A stretch of DNA of 64,000 nucleotides from a bacterium (GTDB lineage: Bacteria > Electryoneota > JAOADG01). The notes beneath the pieces were generated by a model. That model worked only from the letters and a program-made list of their open reading frames with translations. It was not told where the DNA came from and did not search any database. A program made the position numbers and the translations under genes. Shown piece after piece: positions 20,645 through 29,600 of this stretch (positions within the stretch are counted from its first letter, which is position 1; every line of letters begins with the position of its first letter). Where the stretch lies: the NCBI GenBank assembly GCA_963681965.1, contig OY820579.1:2144001-2208000 (forward strand), read 5' to 3'.

Positions 20645-22165
20645 TTAGAATTTATCACACTCTACCGTGATCCAATGTGCTGGGAGGGGCAACCATTCTT
20701 CAGCAACACCATTGTCGATTAGTTTTGAGCGAATTAATTGAAAATAAAATGCTTCTCTAGAAAGTCGAGAAACCTGGCGAGCCGTTAAATGGCTGAACAA
20801 AACGTGGTAAAATGCTGGCATGGATTGACCCCGTCCCGTCCTGAATAGTGTCGGCAACTTCTTCGGATCGCCGTGCAGCAAATGTGTTTCGAGTTGAATC
20901 GCTAATCGAGCGAGAGCTTGCGAATAAGTGATATTGGCGATTTTCGATCGCGAGCGGTCTTGGTTGGCGTACGTAAAAGCATCGGTTGCCTGATCTATCT
21001 TGCTGTACTGCGCTAACCAGAAGACGATATAATTCCATATTGTCTCATCGTTGTAATTTGCCGATTTCAAGTCATGCAGCGTTTCCGTGATCTCCGAGTG
21101 ACCGGGATCGAAGTTTCCTGCTTCTGCGGTGAGAAGTATCATTCGCGCTTCGATGGCGTGTATTCGTTCGAAATTGCGGTTTCCGATAAATATTTGTTTG
21201 TTTGTTTCGTACAGCTCACGGGCGTGTTCGCGATGACCGGTATATTGGAATACTTCAGCCAAATACATATTGACGACAGCAAGCAACTGATTGTTATTGA
21301 TCGATCGAAGTGTTTCTGCAGCGGTTTCTAAAAATGGCATCGCGGTTTCGGGTGTGCCAATATGGATTAGATTATTCGATAGATTGTATAAAGCCATCGC
21401 AAAGAAGTATTGATTGCCGAGATACTTGAATTTTTCAGCTGCCCGAGTATATTCCGCGACAGCCTCGTTGTACTTTTTTGTAAATCCAAGGATAACACCC
21501 CGAATAAAACAACTCATCGCTTGATAATAAAGATTATCCGCACCATTCGCCCAAACTTCGGTAGCAAGTATATGTTCGATCGCCGAATCATATTGTTGTG
21601 TCGCGCAATAACTATTCGCTAGACAGGTTCGAACGTGAGCAACAAGCTCTTTTTGCTGCAACTTTTCAAATGTCGCCAATGCCGTTAGGTCATGGCGGAT
21701 TGATGACTGGTATTTCTTTAGAGAAAATTCTATTGCGGCGACATTAGTCAAACACATCGCAGTATGCAATTCATCCTTCGCTTTTTCGAAATATTGTAGC
21801 GCTTTCAATTGAAATTTGGACGCAAGCTTTAATTCATCCTTCATCCGGTACATATTGGCAATATTGTTATAGGAAGCAGCGGCGTAATCATACTTTTTTC
21901 GCCGCCAATAAATCCGAAGATTCTCCTGATGGAGGAGTAGCGCTTCATCGAAACGGGAAAGGCTGGTGAGGCAAATTCCAATCTGGGTGGAACAGTCGCA
22001 AGCAGCGAGGATCTCATTGGCAGCGAGCGAAATTTCTTTTGCCTGTTGATAGTCAGCGATCGCATCGTTAAACCACGAAGTATTTTGTTTCGAGCGAGCC
22101 TGCTCGAACAGTTCTTTAAAGCTTGTCTGAAATCGAATATTAGCGTTTTGATTCGTCATTTTCAT
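20645..22165 (-). CDS. Tetratricopeptide-repeat protein (about 40-aa TPR_12/MalT-like repeats), cytoplasmic
   Basis: Repeats such as AASYNNIANMY...ALQYF and AMCLTNVAAIE...ALATF. No signal peptide and no recognisable catalytic or HTH domain. Confidence 0.8.
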   Translation of the reverse strand: MKMTNQNANIRFQTSFKELFEQARSKQNTSWFNDAIADYQQAKEISLAANEILAACDCSTQIGICLTSLSRFDEALLLHQENLRIYWRRKKYDYAAASYNNIANMYRMKDELKLASKFQLKALQYFEKAKDELHTAMCLTNVAAIEFSLKKYQSSIRHDLTALATFEKLQQKELVAHVRTCLANSYCATQQYDSAIEHILATEVWANGADNLYYQAMSCFIRGVILGFTKKYNEAVAEYTRAAEKFKYLGNQYFFAMALYNLSNNLIHIGTPETAMPFLETAAETLRSINNNQLLAVVNMYLAEVFQYTGHREHARELYETNKQIFIGNRNFERIHAIEARMILLTAEAGNFDPGHSEITETLHDLKSANYNDETIWNYIVFWLAQYSKIDQATDAFTYANQDRSRSKIANITYSQALARLAIQLETHLLHGDPKKLPTLFRTGRGQSMPAFYHVLFSHLTARQVSRLSREAFYFQLIRSKLIDNGVAEEWLPLPAHWITVECDKF

Positions 22166-22993
22166 ATTTTGCTCGGTTATTCTATATAATAATAATTATA
22201 CCAACCTTTCGACAACACTTCACTTCCTGCACATTGTCGATTTGTATAGATTACTTCTAGTTATTGTAGAACCGCATATTGTAGAACGAAACCTTCTGGA
22301 ATTAATCTACCGATTGAAAGCAGCTACTGAAGGAATTAATGCGGGTTTCCGATTGACATTTCGTTTCACTACATAAGGGACTATAAGAGTTGGATATGAA
22401 GTTGCAAAAATACTGATAAATTATTTAAATGGTGTCTGAGAAGGATACAGCTCTTCGTACTTTGATAAATCCATCGGGGTTACAACGCGATACGTTCCAT
22501 TTTTCAATGAGTGCGAGTCCAACGTACACATCCCGAGCAGCTCTGGTGATCGGCGATGCGGTCTGTACGTTGCAGGTTAAATTTCAACAGCTCTTTACCA
22601 CCTTTATCAATTTGCAACGTGATTAGCAGCTTGAGCAGTTGAGTGAATTGGTGTCGAAACTATCGAAGTATTCTAACGCTCAGTTGATACCAGTTGGAGA
22701 CCTGCGACTCCTGCAAGAGCACGGCTCCATTTTCTAGTGTTAGAGTATTCAAAGTTGATATTATTATTGCACAACATACGTCAATAACTATAAAATAAGT
22801 GATGAAGAATACAAAAGATAATTTTGAAATTCTTAATAATTCTTGCTTTTATCAAATTTATTCCATAGTATGGAATAATCATATTTTAGATGACCCCCCA
22901 ACGCCCACTCGCTAATTCCCTCGATTTTTCCACGTTGAGTCCGTCATTGGTTCTGTTCTTTGTTAACGAATACCAATCGTAAGGAGAGCAACA

Positions 22994-23617
22994 ATGAGAC
23001 TGGTAAGAATTATTGCTATCGTATTTTTCGAATTTGTTTTTCTTACTTCTTTCTTATGGGCACAAACGGAAAAGACATCTAGTCCTAATCGATCGATTCA
23101 AATGAGAACCCACTCGCTGGGAAAAGATTCGATCAAATCGAAAACAGTCACCCCGACACGGGTCTCCCTACCGCTTCCGGCGAAGGACTGGCAACCTGTA
23201 GTACCGGCAACTAAACCGTCGACTACCGAGAATACCCTATCCCATAAAAACATCGCTCCACCTCCACCCAGTAAGGAGTTTATTCCTACACCAATCGACC
23301 CTGCACTGAATTTGACACCGGAGCAAATCGAGCTTATCGAGCAATATCATTTACTTTACCAAGAGCCATGTTTTAAATGTCTCGACGATAAATTGGCACA
23401 TTACGATTCTTCACCCGAACGCAATACCTATCCCTTCGATAAATTTATCGAATTGGTGCGACTAGAACGCACACAACTCACCGAATTGTACACACTCGAT
23501 CAATCCATCCTCCACGAATCCGATCCCGGTAAACGCGCTACCCTGCTGCAAGAGCGGACGACACTCCTGTCGCGACAAAACAGTGAAGCGCACCAGTTGA
23601 AAGCAACTGGCAAGTAA
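22994..23617 (+). CDS. Secreted hypothetical protein (Pro/Thr-rich linker, helical C-terminus with CxxC)
   Basis: AAGGAG RBS, signal peptide, stop 37 nt upstream of the giant CARDB gene. Confidence 0.75.
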   Translation: MRLVRIIAIVFFEFVFLTSFLWAQTEKTSSPNRSIQMRTHSLGKDSIKSKTVTPTRVSLPLPAKDWQPVVPATKPSTTENTLSHKNIAPPPPSKEFIPTPIDPALNLTPEQIELIEQYHLLYQEPCFKCLDDKLAHYDSSPERNTYPFDKFIELVRLERTQLTELYTLDQSILHESDPGKRATLLQERTTLLSRQNSEAHQLKATGK

Positions 23618-23654
23618 CCGGAAACCGAATTGACGCTTATCGACGGAGGATATC

Positions 23655-26600
23655 ATGAAAACGAAACTACTCGTTCAACTGTTGACACTGATTTTTATCG
23701 TGATAAGTTTCACGATTCTTACTCAGGAAGTGAGTGCAAGTTGCGATCCGAACAATTGTACCGCATACAATTGGAGTTGGTCTGATGTCGCGTTCGAACC
23801 GGTACCTTGGATGAGCCGTTCGATCTCGACGCAGATTGCTGCGGGTGAAAATTATAAAATAATGATCCCATTAAATGTGCTCAACACATACAACTTCAAT
23901 ACATGCAATAGTTACACTAATTTCGATACCTATCTTTGCATGTACGATGCAACCTGTACTTTAGTCGCCTGGAATGACGATTACTGCGATGCAAAGTCGT
24001 CTTTGACGTATACACCATCCAGTAACACTTACTATTATCCTCAGTTTGCAGGCTATAGTACTTACTATGGTCAATTCCAAGTCGACTACCGGATTACGGC
24101 TTGCCCAGTACTTTCACCTTTGGATGCCACTTGGAACACTATCTCCAGTTCGATTTCGGAGAATGGAGCTGTGTACCTGCAATTACCGGCGATCGCGTCG
24201 GGTTCGCAATATCGCCTGCAATTATCGATGATTCAGGGGGGTGGAACTGCCAGTTACGATACCTACCTCCATCTGTTCACAGCAAACGGGACGCAACTGG
24301 CTTTTAATGACGATACCCCCTCATCCACTGCTTCGGAAATCGATTACTCGGGCGTTAGCGATTCATTGAATAATGGGTACGTTCGAGTTGGTGGTTATTC
24401 TACAAACTACGGTTCCTTTACGTTGGCATATCGAGTGACTCCCGTTTCCAATATCGATTTGTCGCCGTATGACCCGGGTTGGGGCGCGCCAATAACGTTC
24501 TCCAACAATCCCGACAACCGCAGCGCTCCACTAGTGGCAGGAATGCCGTCCTATATCGCAATCGCGATGCGCAATAACGGCACCACCGATGCCGGGGCCT
24601 ATCATGTCCGCGTGATGGTTGATGGGAATCAAGCATTCTCGACTTCGGAAACGTGGTTACCGGCGGGGTATTACGTCTACTATGCAAACAATGCTTACAC
24701 TTTCGCCTCAGCAGGACAGCATACCGTTCGTCTTGAAGTCGATTATCAGAATGAAGTAGTCGAATCGAATGAAGCCAACAATGTGTACGAAACGACGGTG
24801 ACGGCCAACAGTCCGATGCCGGATTTGAAACCTTATACAATCGGCGAAACATCAATCCCGATTCACTTTACTGTCAACCCGGATAGCTGGGCCTGTGCTG
24901 CGCAAGAACCGGTACCAATCAATTGCCCGTTATACATTCCATATGGGGTACAAAACGCTGGAAATGCACCTACCGGTCCATTTTCTTTACGGATATTAAT
25001 CGATGGAAATGTTGTTCACAGCGACGCGTATTCAGGTTATCCTGCTGGTGATGCTTGCTGGTGTTGTCCTAACAACCAGATAACGCTAACCACTTTAGGC
25101 ACTCACATTGTTCGGATGGAGCTCGACTATTCGAATTCCGTCGCTGAAATGCGGGAAGACAACAATGTCTATATCGATACCATCCAAGTTGTACCCCAAC
25201 GTTACAACATAGAACAAGTCGGACAAATCGGATGGGTAGATCCACTCGGCGAATCTCCAGCTCAATTTGCAGTTTCCCATAATCGCGGTACCCATGTTTC
25301 CAATCAAATTGTTGTCGGTGATACTGCCTATTTCGATGACGGTCTACAAAACGTCGGTAATATGCCCTTCACGACGACTATCCCGTTCGAAGTACGGTTG
25401 AATGGTAATCTTGTTTACACCTCATCGATTGCTCCGATACTATACCCTAACCAGATCGCAATGATTGAAGATATCCCCTTAGTCGCTACATCGAGCGGAT
25501 CGAATCAAATAATAGTCCGACTTTTGCCAACTAGCGTTTATAATGGCGCAACCTATGTCTTTTGGTATAATGTTACTGCGAGCTATACCCGACCGGATCT
25601 CAGCTTATACACACCGCTCAACTGGTCGGGTTCGATTGTCGCTTCGGGAACGCAAGGGATTCACACGACCGGTACGTCGCCGATTGTGGTGGGGCAGCAG
25701 GCATATCTCTACTATGCCTTTTCGAATATCGGCGATGCTTCCATTACGACTCCATTCCACTGCGTGTTGAAAATCGATGGTACCGCGCAATCCGATATCA
25801 CGATCTCACCACCCTTTGCGATGAATCAGAATCAAACGGTGGAAATTCCCTATACCTTCCCAACTTCCGGTCCGCATACGATACAGGTGGCACTAGACAA
25901 TACCGACGCAATCTGGGAATATTCGAATACGAACAACGTTTCGTCTTTGCCGGTTACCGTCCAAGCACTTCCCTTTATCGAACTCGTACCCTTCGATATC
26001 GGTTGGGGCGCACCACTTACGGTTTCAAATGCCGATGGTGTTACCGATAACACAATCGTATCTCAAAGTTGCTCAGCCTACATTAATATTGCATTTGCCG
26101 ATACCGGCAATCAGGATGCCGGTCCGTTCGATGTCCGCGTCTTGGTCGATGGTTCTCCAATTTCGATCTTTCATGAAACAAGCCTGGTGGCTGGGCATTA
26201 CAATACCCATCGGAGTATCGCATACGCATTCAACACTACCGGCAGTCACATTGTTCGGATGGAAGTGGATTACTTGAATGCCGTGTCGGAAGGGAATGAA
26301 CAGAATAACTTCTTCCAATATGCGGTGAATGTTACCGGACCGCTTCCGGATTTAGCGCCTAATTGGTGGAATTATGGGAGCAATCCACCGCTTGCCGTAA
26401 CCTATCTTACAACTGACGCATTTCAAACCTCTGTTCCGGTTAACCGAGCGAACTACTGGACAGCCTATATCAAAAATTTCGGTAGCGCTGCAGCGCCGGA
26501 TATTCCTTGCCGGGTTCTGGTCGATGGTGTTACGGCATTGAATCAAACCTGTAATGCTCTGAACGTTGGCGCAAACGGTTGGGTTCAAGGCCACGATCTG

Positions 26601-29600
26601 ATTGTCAGTACTTTGGGCTATCACACCCTCACACTGATTATCGATCCCGATAATACTATTCCTGAAGCGTGCGAATCGAATAATACTTACGTCGATCAAT
26701 TTTTAGTGGTGCCACAAGGGGTCGATTTGCAATCGGGATGGTTGGATGGATGGTCGGGTCCAATCGTAGTAAAACACACCCGCACTACCGATCATATCAA
26801 TCAACCGATTGTCCCGGCCGAGACATCTTTTGTCGATGTGTGGGGCTACAATCAGGGCAATATTCCGTTGTCCGGTAGTTTCAGCAATCGATTATTACTA
26901 GACGGCAACACCGTATACACCCATTCCGAGTCGTATTCGGGTACCGATTCGTTATTTCCCGGTGCTTTGAATCCCATTATCTACAGCAATATTCCGGTTG
27001 TAATTCCAACTTCCGGGACTCACATCTTGCGGTTGGAACTTGATTATCTCCATACGATTTCCGAATCGGTTGAAACCAATAATTATCAAGAACACGAGAT
27101 CGTTTTACCGGCTCAAATTAATCGTCCGGATTTGACACCCTTCACTCCGCTTCATTGGTCGGCGCCGATCGTGCTTTCTACTCGAGCGGATAGTGTGGTG
27201 GAAACCAACACGTATGTAGTGAATCAGACTTACTACTTAAAATGGTCGTTTATGAATATCGGCGATACCGCAACGACCGATACACTGTTTTATACCTTAA
27301 GAAAGGATGATGCTTATTCGTTTATCACCTGGTATCGTCCATCATCCATCGCGATGAATGAATCGTATACTTACACTGGTGGCTATAGTTTCACATTTAC
27401 TTCTCCGGGTGTGCACACCATTGAGATGTTCTTAGATACTCCCAACCGGATCTGGGAAACCAATGAAGCGAACAATCATGTGTCGGTATCATTCAATGTT
27501 GTGAATAATTTACCCGATCTCACTCCCGCCACACCATCGGGCAACCCCAACTGGCGAACACCGGTTTGGGTTAGAAGTACGCAAGAAGGAGTGCCGATTT
27601 GTGCCGGTGTCCCGGCTTACATCAGTTTCGCCTACACCAATGCCGGTGTTCATTCCACGACGGATACACTCTTCTATCAGGTGAATATCGATGGAACGGT
27701 CTGGTCGAATTGGTACAGCACTACGCCCTTTGCACCGGGTGAAGTCCGAGCAACCCCGAATTATCCGCGCACTTTTACGACTACCGGTCAACATACCATT
27801 CGACTACTGCTCGATCCAACCAATCGAATCGACGAACTGAACGAATCGAATAATATTTACGATACCACAATCTATGTTCAATCCAGCCAGCCCGATCTGA
27901 TATCGACCATTCCCAACGGTTGGACCTCGTGCTTCCGGATCAATCCGCATATTACGTATCCATCTTATTCATACGGCGTTGAATTCGATTTCGCCTTTAA
28001 GAATGCCGGTTCTTGCGATATCACCACCGATTCCGTGGAAGTCCGCAGTGAAATCGATGGTGTTTATGCCGGATCGTTCTATCGACGGGCTCCGATTGCG
28101 CGTGGCGATGAAGTAATCGCTTCGTTCGATCATGCACTAACCACACCTGGTACGCATACAATCCGCATTACACTCGACCCGAGCAACCACTATCCCGAAT
28201 TCGAGGAGACAAACAATGTTTACGAAACATCCTTCACTTATACTCCTCCTCCAATCACAATCACTAGTCCAAATGGCGGCGAAAACTGGATGGAGGGAGA
28301 AGTTCACCATATAACGTGGAGTGCCAATCCCTTAATTCATCATTTTCGGGTGCTCTTCCGAACCAGTGGCACCGGGGCTTGGGTACATCTGACGGACAAT
28401 TTGACGGATGCCTATAGTTACCCTTGGACGATACCGGATTCGGCTTCGAGTACTTGTTCCATTCTGGTCGATAATGCCGATGATATTTCGCAGTACGACA
28501 TGACTGACAGCCCCTTCACAGTGTTCCCGCTATTGCATGTCACTACTCCGAACGGTGGCGAGTTCTACCAATCGGGAAGGCTTCAAGTCATCGCTTGGAT
28601 GCCGGATATACCCGCGGTTCCCAGTTATTCCATCGACAATGGCACCAATTGGATCGAAATTGGATCGGGTCTGCAGTCGTCTCCGATTTTATGGACATTA
28701 CCAACGGTCAATTCGTCGCAATGTCGGATTAAAGTTGTGATTAACTCCGGTCAATACGACCTTAGCGATACGACCTTCACGATCTCTCCCGATCCGATTC
28801 ATTTAATCTCGCCGAATGGCGGCGAGTCGTGGTTAGTGGGTAGTACGCAAACAATTCGCTGGGAAGCCGATCCCAACGTTCATTCTTTCCGGGTATTGTG
28901 GCGACCGAATAGCAGTGCGGGATGGGTACATCTGTCCGACGGAATCGCAGCCAACAGCTTGGACTGGACTATTCCGAATAATACCACTGCACAGGGTATG
29001 GTGTTAATAGACAATGCCGACGATATTTCGTCTTACGACATGAACGACAATCCGTTCACGATTTATCAACCACTCACTGGAACGAAGACGATCGGAGGAA
29101 CAAGTCCCGATTACGCAACCTTTGCCGATGCTTCTACTGCCTTGACGGTAAATGGCGTGGGAACCGGAGGTGTGATCTTCAACGTACGACCGGGAATTTA
29201 CTCGGAAATGGTGACGATAAATCCGATCACGAATTCGAGTGCATCGAATCCCGTCGTATTTCAGAAAGACCCGAGTTACAGTGGTATCGTTCAAATCTCT
29301 CCAGCAGTGACAACTACGGGTCAATCCGGGATCAAGTTATGCGGCTGCCAATATGTAACCTTCGACGGAATTAGTGTCATTGACACCAGTACCGGTACTA
29401 ATGGGATAGCTAATGGTGTAACGACGACCAATTCCTCAGGTACGCAAGGAGCGCAGCACAACTGGATAAAGAACGCGACAATTCGACTTCGCATCAGTTC
29501 AGGACCAAATGGTGTCTATCAAGGATATACGACGACCACACCAACCTCACCCTCAGGTGCACAGAGTGACAACCATTACATCAATCTGAAGATTTCAAAA

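Noticed and set aside
20645-22165. TPR-CHAT (caspase-like) or STAND-type defence system
   Set aside because: No CHAT His/Cys motifs, P-loop NTPase or adjacent effector are visible.
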